A stretch of DNA of 64,000 bases, taken from positions 15,564,001 to 15,628,000 of the forward strand of contig CM097885.1 in the NCBI GenBank assembly GCA_044892525.1, given 5' to 3'. Origin of the DNA: Schmidtea polychroa (taxonomy: Eukaryota). Below are positions 49,605 through 64,000 of the stretch, piece by piece. Under the pieces are notes generated by a model. The model saw only the letters and a list, made by a program, of their open reading frames with translations. It was not told the origin of the DNA and ran no database searches. The stretch's first letter is position 1. Each line of letters begins with the position of its first letter. A program made the translations under genes and the position numbers.

Positions 49605-51017
49605 ATTAATTTGTAGATAGTCAAATCCAAGTTTTCGCCATGGATCGATGCCAATGGTGGATGGCACACACTAGTCGAACTTGCCCAGAACGTACAAGAA
49701 ATAGAGCAAGCCTAAGCAAAAGTCAAAAGTTATATGCGATTAGCCTTGGGAGTTGTTGTATTATATGTAATGTTTAAATATTTAAATAAAAGTTAATGTT
49801 GTTATTTATAAATATTATACTTTAAATATACACTCAAACTAAAATTTATTAACACATTCACATTCATCATCTCCGCATTTCATAACATTTTCAACGATAT
49901 GATCTATACAATCGTTATATACACGCGGTTCGGTATACTTAATATTTTCAGTTATATAATCCGTAAGTTCCTCCTTAGGTTCATCAATTTCTTGTATGAT
50001 TTCCTCGTCATCTTCTTGTGTGTTTTCTTCATTAATTTGTTCTGTTATTGCCTCATAAGTTTCATCAAATCTTGAATCTTCACTACCCAGTCTATATTTA
50101 ATTCATTTGAAACAGATAATACATCCTCCATTTTTACACAAGATATTTCTGCTAATTTTGCCAACAAAACATTGATTAAATATTCTAAACAATAAATAAT
50201 TCAATCAATAACTGACCATATTAACCTTTTTCTAACGTCATTATTAACACTTTAAAACTATAATGTAAGTTTGTTTATCGAATGTCTTTGTTAAAGTTTG
50301 CATGTATTTTGCATTGATTTTGCAATTTCCTGGTTAAGTAAATGAAAAACAAATAGGACAAAATACATTTATTAAATACATTTATTAAAAACAATAAATA
50401 TAGCAAAATTTATAAAAATAGCTGTGAAAGTCTAGCAGACATAGTTTTCCAAATTGGAGAATATTATCAATATTATCATTATTATCAACTTTATATCCCT
50501 GGATTGCTATTGTTATATACCAATTTTCGTTTTCTTTAAAGCTGATTTCATCAATGGAATCATAAAATCTTGCATATCGGTTGTTGAACCATGCATGTTG
50601 ATTACATGATAGATTCGCATCCAACCGTTTGAAAACCTCAATAGATTTAACATCTATCATTGAAAGTGTGCCGGATAAGAATTGAAATTGAGTAGGAATT
50701 AGCTTGATCGGTGACACCAATTTCATATTGATTTCTTCTTTTAAAAAATGCATTTTGTAGTTGTGGAACATTTGAACAGGTTGTACAAGTTCTGCAACAA
50801 CAACCTTTGGTTTTTCAGTGCTTGATATTTTCTTGGTAATCGTGAATTATGATGGAATTGTAATGGTACAGGGTTTTTATACCTATGGCTATTGTTTATA
50901 AACCAATCAAATTGCAGTATGTCTTTGTTTTAATTACATTCAAAATGCATTGATGTTGCATTGTCATATGTTATATGTGTCATATTATTATTATTGCTTT
51001 TATTACTTCCAAACTAA

Positions 51018-51131
<114 letters not shown>

Positions 51132-51244
51132 AATGATGATTGCTTGGTAGCAGCATTTATTATTTAAAACAATAAAATGATAATTTAAGCCTTTTGCTGC
51201 AAATAATGTATTTAATGAAAGAATTTTCGACTATAAGATAGTCC

Positions 51245-51565
51245 TTGATCAGCAGACATGTTGGTGTAACAGTTATTATCATAACACAAAATCTATTTCA
51301 TCAAGGTGGTGCACATCGAACACGTAATTTAAATGTACAATATTTAGTTATTTTCAAGAATCCTAGAGATGCAACTGTCATTGATTTTCTTGGACGACAA
51401 GCATACCTTAATAACCGTAATTTTCTTATCATTGCATTTCAAGATGCTACTAAAATACCGCATGGATATATATTTCTTGATTTCACACAACAATGTCCCG
51501 ATGATTTACGAGTAAAAACAGATATTTTCAACCCAAAAGGTGCCATGGTTCAAAAACAAAGTTGA
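51245..51565 (+). pseudogene. C-terminal half of a packaging ATPase from another Polinton
   Basis: SRH..VTVIIITQNLF, LNVQYLVIFKNPRD, PHGYIFLDF, LRVKTDIF; Walker A/B missing. Confidence 0.85.
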
Positions 51566-51569
51566 AACA

Positions 51570-54500
51570 TAAGTAGGAAGTTAGTAGCGTACGGCAGCAA
51601 TGACCCCCCCGGTGGGGTCTGCTGCCGTAATTTTTTGCTGCAACTTTTTATTACGCAATTGCTGCAACTCACATTTTTTGCTTTCAGGGATTTTTAGTCC
51701 AATTTTTTTTTATTAGACTATAGTGAGGGGGTCTCGATGGTCCTGGGATTTTCAATACAAAAACTTTCTTTTCAATACAAAAATCCGATTATCACTAGAA
51801 AAGCATAGAAGTTTCAGACTATAGTGAGGGGTCTCCATGGTCCTGGGATTTTCAATACCAAAAAATTTTTCAATAGAGAAAGGCGGTCTTCAATAAAAAA
51901 GGTGGTCTTCAATAAAAAAGCATGGAATTTTCAGACTATAGTGAGGGGGTCTCGATGGTCCTGGGATTTTCAATACCAAAAAATTTTTTCAATAGAGAAA
52001 GGTGGTCTTCAATAAAAAAGCATGGTAATTTAAGGTCTCAGGATATTTTCAATACAAAAATCCGAATATCACTAAAAAAGCATGGATTTTTCTAGTTCAA
52101 TTCAGGTGGGTCTTCTTGGTCCTGAGAATTTTAATAAAAAAAGGTAGTCTACACTAAAAAACGTGGTAAATTTTTTAAAATAAAGCCAATTATGGGTCTA
52201 AAAATTGAATTACAGTAAATTAAGGTCCAAATTTTTAAATTAAAGTAAATTATGGGCTAAGATTTTTGAATTAAAGTAAATGATGGGTCTAATAATTGAA
52301 TTAAAATAATCAATGGGTTCAACTTAGTAAATTAAGGTTCAAATTTTTAAATTAAAGTAATCAATGGTCAAAAATTTAAATTAAAGTAATAATTTTAAAA
52401 TAAGTAACGTAATAAGTGAATAAATGTAAGATTTTTAAATTTATTAACAAAAAGTTGGAATAATAGTAGGTGTTTGAGAATTAAAATTTTTTAATGAAAA
52501 TTTTTATGAAATAATTTTTTAAGTAATTTTTAATAGAAATTTTAATGAAATATTTTTCAATGGTAAATTTTAATGGAAATATTTATGGAATAATTTATTT
52601 AGGATAGTTTTTAATGAAAATTTTTATGAAATATTTTTCAAAGACAAATTTTAATAATAATTCAACAACAAACCAACAACTTAGTACCAACAACCAGTAA
52701 CTTACGAACATGTATTAACAACCAGCTAACAACTAGCTACCACCTACCAAGTACATACAACCAACATCAACCAGGTACTAAGCATTATCAACCAAGTACC
52801 TACAACCATCTACCAAGTACTCACAACCAAAAACAACCAGCTAACAACTAACTACCACCTACCAAGTACATACAACCAACATCAACCAGGTACTAAGCAT
52901 TATCAACCAACTACTAAGTACCTACAACCAACTAGCTACCACCTACCAAGTACTAACAACCGACTACAACCAGGTACTAGGCATTATTAACCAACTACTA
53001 AGTACCTACAACCAACTAGCTACCACCTACCAAGTACTAACAACCCACAACAACCAGCTAACAACTAACTACCACCTACCAAGTACACACAACCGAAAAC
53101 AACCAGGTACTTTGAATTATCAACCAAGTACCTATAACCACCTACTAAGTACTAACAACCAAAAACAATCAACCAACTAGGTACCAGATACCAAGTACTT
53201 ACAGCCAGATGACCACATGAAATCATTGGTTAAATAAGTAAATTAATGTCTAATTTTAAAATTAAGTAATCAATTATCTAAATATTAAAGTCAATTTAAG
53301 ATGAAAGTTTTCTGGGATTTTCAATCTTAACCCTTTCATTCGGGAATTAATTTTTCTTTTTGCGTGTGCTCTTCACAAAATCAACTGAAAAATACTGAAA
53401 ATGTCACTATTTGGCGCCAAAATTATTAAAATGTACTATAACAAATTTCAATTTTCTTAAAAAGTACTTCTCACATTATATTTTCGAAAAGGTACAACAG
53501 ATATTCAGCAAAAAAACTGTGTACAATATATTGTACACTCCGTATAAAAGGGTTAATTTTAGATGCAAATCTTCGTCAATTAATCAATTACCACATGAAA
53601 TTATTGGTTAAATATGAAAATAAGGGTTATAATTAGTTGTTAAGTAAATTATGGTGTAAAATTTAGTAATAAAGAATAATTAGGTACATTAAGGATAAGT
53701 AAATTAAAGTTAAAAATTTTAAATAAGTAAATTAAGAGTTTCAAAATTTTAAAATTAAGTAATGTTTTCAAAAATTAAAGTTAAATAAGTAAATTAAAGT
53801 AATAATTTTTAAATAAGTAATGTAATATGTAAATTTAACTAAGATTTTTAAATTTATTATCAAAAGATTGAATAACCACCAACTTTTTTGAGAAATGTAA
53901 TTTTTAATGAAAATTTAAATGTAAAATTTTTTAAGTTAATTTTTAATGAAAATTTTTATGAAATATTTTTTTAAATTAATTTTTTTATACAACTTCTATA
54001 ATAATTTTAATTACAATCAATAGAAAAACCTTTTCAAAATGTCTAAATTTAATAAAAATGTTGATTTTCATCAAAAATAAATAATTGTCAACTCATCACC
54101 ACGTGGAAATGATGATAATTTAAATTACAATGAAAGACTATAGAATTCTAATTTACAAAGCATTCTTCTTTTAAATGATAACTACTGACTTATTATTGCA
54201 AAGTAAAAATCACATTCAATAAATACTTATTGTTGATCAGTTTTATTATATATTCTCTGAGTTTATCCGACAGGTTGTTTTGACCCTCTAAGGATATTAG
54301 TCATAAAGGTACTAGTCGTAAGGGTATTGGTAACACTCAACCACCACCTACCCATTAACTAGTTACCATGTACTAACAACTAGGTCTCAAACAACTAAAT
54401 ACTAAACATTTACAACCACATACTAACAACCACCATCAAAACCCATCAACCTACAACTTGATACTTACAACCAGATACCTGCTACCAAGTACTTACAACT

Positions 54501-54650
54501 AGATACCAAGTACCAACAATCAACTAACCACACATAAAAATAATAGCAATTAAATACAAAATATTCTTCATCACATACACTATCTTCTTATCAAAATCTC
54601 AAAAGTCAACCAACTACTTACAACCAACTATGTACTAACAAATTGATCTT
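51570..54650. repeat. Repeat-rich block, probably the subterminal/TIR region of the relic Polinton
   Basis: ~100-120-bp repeats (GACTATAGTGAGGG at 51716, 51817, 51934) and C/A-rich ACCAAGTAC arrays (52660-53200, 54330-54640) directly after the ATPase relic. Confidence 0.5.
53331..53552. mobile_element. piggyBac-type MITE
   Basis: TIR CCCTTTCATTCGG / CCGTATAAAAGGG (11/13 match), TTAA on both flanks. Confidence 0.8.
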
Positions 54651-56702
54651 TAAAAGAAAATACTCATCACTTGAAAAATTGGATGAAAAATTAATTGAAC
54701 TCAAGGCATCAATAACTAGCTAAAAATTGATTAAATAATTGTAAAAATTTTAAATTTTCAAAATAAATATTATAAAAATGTAATTAATGGACAAGAAAGA
54801 ATTCTAGTCATTAATCATCCAGTAAATATAAAAATATTGATCATTCAAGTTAATATGAATCAACTAAGATAATAAATTAATAAGAATTTTGAAATAAGAT
54901 CTAGTAGATAATTGATTTAGATTGAATAAATTAGTTGAAATAAAATTAATTTTAATTATTTTTTTAAAAGTAATGCATGTACTCAAATTGATTGACTGAT
55001 TGCTCAATATATTCAAAAAATCATTATAAATTCATTACAATTATCAAAGTCAGCAATCTACAATAAAAATAGTTATCATTAAATTCCAAAAGAAACTAGA
55101 TAACTAATGATAACATCTAACAAACCAGTAAATTCATTTAAATGACAACAATTGGTATATCCAAGTGAATTCTCCAATAAAATCATCTAAAAAGAATCAT
55201 TTTCCCCTAAATATATCAATATTTAAAGATTGGTATTTTAATGATAAATAATTGTTAAAGATCATATATTCACCTCAAACTAATAAGATTCCTTAAAATC
55301 CCTTAAATGACTATATTTCAACCCTTAATTCATATTATTACAAATATCATCTAAAAAGCATCAAATTTCCTTGAAATAACTCTATCCTTAAAGATTGATA
55401 TTTTAATGACAAGTACCCGTAAAAGATCATATATTTCCCTCGGACTAATAGTGACTTTTTCCCTCTTTTGAATTGCAAATTTCATTCGTCGCTTCTTATA
55501 TATTGCTGTAACCAAATTTCACTGCAATTGCATTTTGTAAGTAAATCTCTGATTTCGAGGTTAGTCTGTTCGTTAGCAATGACAGCAAGTTTCTTATTAA
55601 ATGCGATCTGCGAGGAGGATGGTAAGATCATTTTGTTTATTACGGTATAATTGGCGAAATGTTCATTGAAGAGTGGTTCATAATGAACTATGTTAAGCGC
55701 TACAAGTCTGTTTGCTTTTGTTTTATCCATACTCCTGTCACTAGAATAATTTCATACTTGTTCATTTTTTTTAAATGACTTCGCTCTAACACAGTGACTT
55801 TTTCCCTCTTTTGAATTGCAAATTTCATTTATCGCTTCTTATATGTTGCTGTAACCAAATTTCACATAAAATATTGCATACAATACTTTCAAATAATTAT
55901 GGAATGCATTTTTGTGGCTTTCAACAATTTCAAGCTGTTTCTTAATTTTATTTCGTTTTTCTGCGCCACTTTTAAATATTTTCTATGTGCTTACTATAGT
56001 AGATAGAAGTGTCACCGCTGAACCAACCCTCTGGTAAAATCTCAAGGTCGATTAAGAATTTTAGATAAGTGTATATAAAAAATGCTTAGTTTCCATGGAA
56101 ATGAGCTTAAAACTCTCTAAATTAAAATATAGGTTATGCCATAATATAACATTTTCTGTATATTATGAAACAAAGACAAACTTATATTATAGAATTAAAC
56201 TCATATTCTTTAACACATGGGAAGACAATGAACAAAAGCATAAGAAAAGTAAATTATGCAAATTAACAAAATATGCTTAGAAATATTTTGAAAAATATAC
56301 TTTATTACAGAAAATTATTTTAATATCGGAAAATAAATATTACAATAGTTGTTTACTATTATCAAGATTTACCTACAAATGGATTTAGCATGAATAATAA
56401 TTTTTCAACTTTCTATAATTTCGTAAATATTATATTTATTAAAAAACTTGACCTATTGTGGATAACTCATGGTGCATGTGATGGTGGATGTATAAAAAAT
56501 ATTAATAATAAATAATAATGATTGTTTCAGCCGATTTTGGATGGTTTTTTTGTATCGCGTCTGTAAGTTATGTTTCTGTAGTAATAGATTTAAATCGATC
56601 TTTAATTTGTGGAATTTGGTTTTGATGGTTTGTTAATGGAAGAGCAGGAATCGTTTGTTTGAACTGGTAAATTGTGTAGAAATTTTGGTTTTTAGTTGAA
56701 AC

Positions 56703-57330
56703 ATGGAAGAAAATGAAGGACTGAAATGTCGTATTGCAATGAGCAATATAGCGAAGATTATTTTCTCACCTGAAGGGAGATTATTCCAAGTCGATTATGC
56801 ATTTAAGGCAATTGCATTAGATGGATTGCTTTCCGTTGGTATTCGAGGATATAATGGTGGTGTAGTAGCTACACAAAGAAAAGTTCCAGATAAAATGATT
56901 GAGAAGAGTTCAGCTACAAGATTGTTTAATATTACTGAAAGTACTGGATGGGTTATGACTGGTATGATCCCTGATTGTCGATTTCAAGTATGTCGTGCAC
57001 AATGGAAGCAGCTCGATTTAAATATAAAAATGGATATGAAATGCCTTGTGACATAATATGTCGTATCGCGGAGATTAATCAGCTCTACACCCAATCGGCT
57101 GAGATGCGACCATTAGGTTGTTCAATGATAGCATTATCTTATGATATTGAAATGGACAAACCGTTATTATTCAAAACTGATTCCAGTGGCTTTGTAGCTG
57201 GACATCGAGCTTTTGCAGTTGGAGGCTAAAAGTTATTTGGAAAAGAAACTAAGTAAAAATAGAGCGTGTGATACTATCAAATACAGAAAGATCTTTTTGA
57301 CTTGTTTTAGACGAAAACAAACGATAATAA
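56703..57330 (+). pseudogene. PSMA6: PSMA6-like pseudogene (frameshifted copy)
   Basis: Paralog of 26963-27655 with a 1-nt deletion near 57001 and a further deletion near 57222. Confidence 0.88.
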
Positions 57331-59344
57331 TAACAAATAATAAATAATGATAAATAATAATAAAAATAAGAATAATAATAATATAAAACGAAGATTCCTT
57401 GCCAGTAGCATCGATTAAAAATAAAATAATTAATAAATAAAGTTTTAGTGCAAATTTCTTATTTAATAAAAACAAAAATGAGAATTTTCGACTATGAAAT
57501 AATCTTATTTAATTGATTGAAAAATAAATAATAAAATTCCACGAGTGGTCAATGTAGGTAAGGTGATTGCTCGCCATATATTCTCATGAAATGACCATAC
57601 TTTGCCTTTTGATGGACATGAAGGACATTTTGTATCAGACTATTGCTGGAGGTACTGTTTTATATGGATGCCACGTGGCAGCTGCCTGAGAGCCGCAGGA
57701 ATATCCTAGAAGGCCACTATTAGCATAGAAAGGAACTTATTTCACTCCTCCTTCACTCACCAATGAGAATGAATAATAATCTAATGCTTTACTGATCCAT
57801 CTCAGCCATGTAGAGGCGCCATTGAAAGCTTGGTCACACCGCGTGCCAATACTCATGCTCATTGCGGAAAATCCAGTCAAATCGCCTTCATTGCCCTCAT
57901 AAACATTACACAAATGCACTCAGTCTGGGACAGATTCCTCGCTATCCGTTCTGAGTAAGCTTCCGTTTTGTACAGCTCCTTTCATGCATGCCATCCGATA
58001 TGTCAGTGTAGGATCTTGCCTGTGTACAAGTTTCCAAACCTTCAAATTGAGGATCTCATCATTAATTCATATTCATACACAAGGTAACACCACAGGTAAT
58101 ACTTAGCTAAATATTCTATGCGAATGATTCTTCCTTTCCTAATATTGACGTTTGTAGGCTACGGAATAAGTGATATGCAATTATATTTCTGTCATTGTTG
58201 ATATAATCTGTAGCCCCCATTCCCTCCATTTATCATGTCAGTTAGTGTCAAATACTTTATTCAGCAATGGCATAAAATCCTTCATTCAATAAACAAATAT
58301 TGAAAACTAAATAAAACAAGCGTTTCCAAAGCATTTATCACACGGGGCATGGATATAGATGAATGCTACTGACGCCCTGTGATCTATTCCTTCAACTTTT
58401 ACACATTCGCTATTGTAGGAAAAACTCTTGATAGAGTCCCCTAATAAGTCACGTCACAATGTATCAATGAGTTCGATGACACAACAAAGAACAATGAAAG
58501 ATGAACACGGTTACTGCGGAATGGCATCTGAATGGTCCTGACAATTGCTCAATGGTGTCCATTAATTGGATTAATATTAAAAAATAAAAAACAAATGTTT
58601 CATTTTTTGCTGAACCTGCTGTGACCGAATTCTGTGCCATATTTATGTACATGCATCAAAACAAACACCCTCCAGCACATCCACAGTCGCATGCACCAGC
58701 ACATGAACCAGCACATGCACCAGCACATGCACCAGCACAGTGAACTACAATTTGATAGAATCAATTAAAATTAAGTTTCAATTAGGCATTGTATTGATCA
58801 CAGATTTCATAAAATTATACAAATATTCGTTACAATTTAATTTTTTATTGTGTTAAATCTAATCCAATTTATCAATATTGGTTTGTGCTTTTGACATTTT
58901 ATCATTGCACCTATGTCACAATAAAATGTGAAAATGTCAATATGGGGCTCACAGGAACCTTGTACACATTTGAAAATGTCAGACAAATATTTGTAACCAT
59001 AACGAGATCATTAGATCAATATATATGCATTTTATGAAAAATATTTATTTTTATATTTTGATATATTTTTAATTTGTATTTAAATTTGTATTTAAAATTT
59101 TACATTTCGTTATAAAATTATAATTTAAATAATTTTGTAATATTTAAAATAAATGAGAAAAAAATTAACATTAATAATAAGGCTAAAATACAATATTTAT
59201 AAAATGTTTGTTTATCTACATCAAAATACAAATTATAAATATTGAAATTGTCAACGTCAGCGGAAATAATTAATATAATAAGTATGATTTATGATTGTTG
59301 TGAAATAATGAAATATTTTGAAAATTTTGTTAATTTTAGATAAA

Positions 59345-60774
59345 ATGTTTGCAAGCGTATGGGAAATGATGAAGAGGAATAAATTTGAATTTGATAATGA
59401 AATCAGCAGTGAATTGATATGCAGAATTTGCAAGGTTTTAATGATAAAAGCTTGCAATGCTCCTTGCGGTTGTGGCTTTTGTTCTGATTGCATTGAACAG
59501 TATTTGGATGGAAAAGATAAATTCTGTCCAGGAGCAGGAAAACATTGTGGAAAGAAAATGATCAATTTCAAAAAAGATGTTTCTGAAGATCACGCAGCCA
59601 ATTTAAGGATTTCAGAAGTGATAGTGAGATGCCCAATGCAAAATTGTCAATTCAAAGATGAATTAGAGGTGATGGAGAGCCACATGAGAACATGCAACAA
59701 GCAACCAATGAAATGTCCATTCAATAGAATCGGATGCGAAATGAATGAGGTGGTAAAGGATGAAATGAAAGTCCATCTCAATGAGAACACTGAAGGCCAT
59801 AGCAAATTATTGATCGATCAGATCAGTAATCTATGCAATGAGATGCAAGCAATGAGACACGAGAATGTGACATTGCGTAATGAAATTATCAATATTAATG
59901 TAAAATTTTATTTGTAATTAATTTAATTGATATTTGTGATTGTAGGTGAAACTGGCCAATCTTGAAAGGAAAGAGGCGGAGAACAGAGGAGAAATAGAAG
60001 AATTAAATGAGGAAATGGTGGCATTGAAGAATGAGAATCGTTCATTGAGAATGGAGATGGAGACAAATATTGGATCAATCAATCAAGTTTGATTATTGAT
60101 TTGATTTACTATTGATTTTGTTATTGATGCAAAGCAGGTCAGACAACAAATTGAAATGAATGAATCAAAATGTCAACAGCAAATTGATGAGATGAAAGAG
60201 AAATGCGAGCAGCGGCTGCAACAGGGGAATGAAAAGGTGATTTATTGATTTATTGACGTGTTTGAATTTGAGATTCAGCTGCAGCTTGAAATGGCGAAAT
60301 GCGCCAATGAAATTCGCCAGATTGAAACAAAATTAGCAAATGAAAAATATATAAATTACGGATTTTTTGAATGGCAAATCGATAAATTTTCACAACAAGA
60401 GAGGTGAAAATATTTACAGCGAGGCATTTTATTCCGGGCCAATCGGTTACAAAATGTGCTTGAGGGTGAGCATTGAGGGTGATTTGGTTTGGCCTGGTTT
60501 CTGTTTGATGCGTGGGGCAAATGATGAGCAATTGCGTTGGCCGTTCAATCAATCCGTGACAATCGATGTGATCGATCCAGCAAATGGCAGCATTTATATG
60601 AGCAGGTCAATGAAATATTCAGATTGCCCTGGTGCAGCCGGATGGGGGAAACCGTCACAAGACAGAAATGATCCAATTGACATTTATTATGATTATCCTG
60701 ATGCCATCTCAATCAATAAATTAGCAGCCAAAAGTGATAAATTGCTGCTCAGGTGCAGAATTGAAAAATTATGA
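59345..60774 (+). pseudogene. TRAF-like copy 2; frameshift at the start of the MATH domain
   Basis: RING, two Zn fingers and coiled-coil exons are open. TCA CAA CAA GAG AGG TGA (~60391-60408) versus copy 1 TCA CAA GAA AAG AGA AAT GAA indicates loss of 1 nt. Confidence 0.75.
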
Positions 60775-62209
60775 CAAATTTAAAAAAACATTTCAATAAA
60801 GAATTTATTTTGGGTTTTGATTTGTTTTATTGTTTGCCTTTTTTTATTATATTTTTATTATATTTATTATATGAGATTATTATTGTGGTAATTATTGCCA
60901 TTCTCGCCTTCCATCCGATATCATCATCACGTGGCGGAGCGCGCACAGCAAATGCCAATTGCAATATCAACATCAATTATATAATTAAATAAAAGCAATT
61001 TAATTAAATCAAAAACATTTAATATAAATTAATTTGAATAATTATTATAATTAAATTAATAATTAATTTGAAAGAAATGAAATTAAAATTCACCCGAATA
61101 TAAGCGCTGACAAATCGCCTCAACAAATCAAACGCTCCTATGACGAGTGGAACTGACGAGAAAACCGCCGCTGATGTTATATGAGTTGTGGATAAATTAT
61201 TGCTGTACTGAATGGCAGTAAAATGCAGCTAAATGCAATACTAACACCGCGTTATATCAAATTGATAAATGCCTTAACATTTCGCCAGCTATTTGTGAGG
61301 CATTTAAACGGAAATCCGCAACAACAATACTGATCAAATGTTCGAAATTTGCTTTCACATCTGTTTGGGTAAGTTTACCAAAATTAGAGCTGTCGATTCG
61401 ATGAGGGCAATCAATGCTTTCTAAACTCTATAACATTCTGTTACGAATTCTTTTAATAATTAAACGAATTACTTTATTTAATCTTTCATAAAATTTAGAT
61501 TTACTAATAATATTATTGTTAATATAATAATAATAATAATTGCATTTGTACTGAGATCCTTTTCAAGAGCTTTTGACCTGATTTAATATTAAATAATGTA
61601 ACATTTCATAAATTTATTCACTTTTTCATTCGTTAAATTTTCAAATACAATATTATTTAAACAAAAAAAGATTTCATGTAAATTAATATTTAAATTCACA
61701 AATTTGATAAATTTTATGAATGCATTTTACTTATTAACAAACAACGAAATTTATTTTGAAATCTTGAAATTTTAGGAAATTTATAAATTAGGTTTCAAAG
61801 TGAAGTTGAGTCCAATACGTAATCTACATCAATACCTTGGGGTGATAAGTGACGGTTATGGGGTTTAAGGGGGGTCATTTAAAAAATTTATAAATTATAA
61901 TCTGAAATTAAACGTAGTTGAGCATACATAATAAAGTAATTTACATTATTGAAGTTGGTACTTGAATGATGGTCAAATTACTTGAGGAGGTCATAAATAA
62001 ATTATAATTTTAAAATTCAAAATTTAAGCTAGACATTTATAAGTAAACAATTTACATTAATGCATTTAGGATGAAATTAGTAGTGGTAGCACTTTAGGGG
62101 GTGATAAATAAATTTTGTAAATTAATATTTTGATTCTCAAATACAAGATGAATAAATATATAGATGATCTATATTAGTGAAATTCTTAATAAGTAGATGA
62201 CTCCTAGCA

Positions 62210-64000
62210 ATACACGAAGCAATCAAACACTTCCAACAAGGACGAAACTTTAAAATATTCACAGATCACAAACCGCTAACTAACGCAATCGAAATGAAGA
62301 ATCCCTCACCAAGGCAGATTAGACAAATCAACTTCATTTTACAATTCAACTTCACAATAAACTACGTAGCGGGAAAATCAAACATGGCAGCTGTCGCTCT
62401 ATCAAGAAACGAAAGTGACATAAACTCCCTGGAATTCGAAAAGATAATAGCACGACGTCTCTAACGAAAGCAACAAACGAATATTACTCCCGGAGGAATT
62501 CTGCGAAAACTGTATCGAGAAGATGCACAAGATCAATCATTCAGGAAACAAAGTAACATTCGAACTAATACACAACAATTATATATGGCCTAACATGCGG
62601 AAAGACGTCAAAAACTACGTCAAGAGAGTTCACAGCTGCCAGTTAAACAAAACAACAAAAAAACTCAAACCTCAAAAAGTAAACTTCCCAAGCAGCAAAG
62701 TCTTCGAAACAATGCACACAGATATGGTAGGACCACTACCACCAAACGACAACTACAAATACCTGCTGACAATTATAGACAGGAAGTCCAACTGGTTCGA
62801 AGTAATCTCAATAAAAGAAATCACCGCAAAAAATAAATGTGAAATGGTCGAATTAAATTGAATAGCTCGTTATGGTCAACCGTAAACAATTATAACCGAT
62901 CAAGGCAGACAGTTCGAATCAGAAATGTTCAAAATACTCTGCAACAAATACAACATCAAAAGGAACCGAACAACAGCTAACAACCCACAATCAAACGGAA
63001 AAAAGAGCGGTTCCACAGACATTAAAAGAAAGCATATGAACAAAAGCCAATGATCAAAATTGGTTAAATAATCTACTAATCGGACTGAAAAATAGTCCAA
63101 ACTCAATAGATAATGAAAGTCCAGCAGTCAAGGTGTTCGGAAAAGCAACAAATTTACCATTACTCAAAAACAAAACAGCAGATAACACAGAAACAAACAA
63201 ACAAACAACTAACAATAACAAAGGAAAAACAGATAAAAAACACAAAAGGAATTTTAAAAAGGAGACCGGACTCCGAATTGGATGGGAAAACAGTACTAAC
63301 AACATATTTTTATTTCATCATAATAAAGAAACCATTCACAAAAGGTTTCGAATCTAAATACGAAGGTCCATTCAAACTCTTAGAAATTAACAAAAACATC
63401 GCTACAATAATCAAAAAAACAACAAAATGAAAATAAACATATGACGAATAAAACCCTATCCCCTGAACGAAAACCCACAAAACAATCCACCAGAAAACAA
63501 AACACAAACACAAACGAAAACACAACCAATTCATAAAAACATCACATTTAACCACAAAACCTCAATCAAACTATTTGACAAAGATACAATAATTACACCC
63601 TTATACAAAAAACGATACAGCGATTGCCTTAAATAAAACACCCACAAAAAAAGTAAAAATAACAAAACACACTCACAAACAATACTAATTGTACAGTTTT
63701 TTTTATCAATTTCGTTGTATATATAGAGTAAATTGTAAATTTTTTGTTTTATCCAGTTTATAGATACAAAGGAACAGAAACCAAATACATAAAAACATAT
63801 AATACATACTAAAAAAAGGTTATTGAATGTAATTTTTTCGTTACCTTTAATTGATTCATGTTAAGCTCCGGTTTTAAAGGGGGAAGTTGTGTAATGTACA
63901 GTTATATATTTTATTTATTTTTAAACAAGGTTTTGCCACGCCTTGTTATTTTATTGAGTGTAGATCGCAATGGAAAAAGAATAAAAAATACTATATAGCG
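62210..64000 (+). mobile_element. Degenerate Gypsy pol relic with PPT and start of a 3' LTR
   Basis: TDHKPL, HTDMVGPLP, QSNG..ERFH, YEGPF; purine tract AAAGGGGGAAG (63876-63886) followed by TGTAATG at ~63890. Confidence 0.8.

Larger units (their letters stand above)
56203..62978 (+). repeat. Segmental duplication, copy 2
   Basis: Matches 23784-23913 joined directly to 26535-32795. Confidence 0.95.

Noticed and set aside
55451..55865. 82-aa minus-strand ORF with a ~70-bp direct repeat
   Set aside because: No recognisable domain; local duplication only.

Overview
AT-rich eukaryotic (animal) genomic DNA with short (~42-60 nt) introns and many (TAA)n tracts; a flatworm-like invertebrate is plausible, but that is inference. 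The main feature is a complete ~14.9-kb Polinton/Maverick (adintovirus-type) element at 5502-20433. It has AGTAGT...ACTACT ends, ~1-kb TIRs and a 6-bp TSD (GCTGGA), and it sits in the catalytic-loop codons of a DUSP12/YVH1-like gene copy. It encodes a major and a minor capsid protein, a packaging ATPase, an adenain-like protease, a pX-like core protein, a fibre-like protein, an unusual PLA2-integrase fusion, and a protein-primed PolB broken by three frameshifts. The most novel signal is in the TIRs: outward-facing, tRNA-sized/structured units with RNA polymerase III A- and B-boxes at identical tRNA-like spacing, followed by oligo-T runs. These are candidate Polinton-encoded Pol III small RNAs, analogous to adenovirus VA RNAs. 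The rest of the window is a rearranged region with a ~30-kb-period segmental duplication (PSMA6-like copy, TRAF-like gene, Gypsy relic), truncated DUSP12-, TMEM104- and GIGYF-like gene pieces, relics of other Polintons, hAT/piggyBac/pogo elements and satellites. All calls come from reading motifs by eye; no searches were run.
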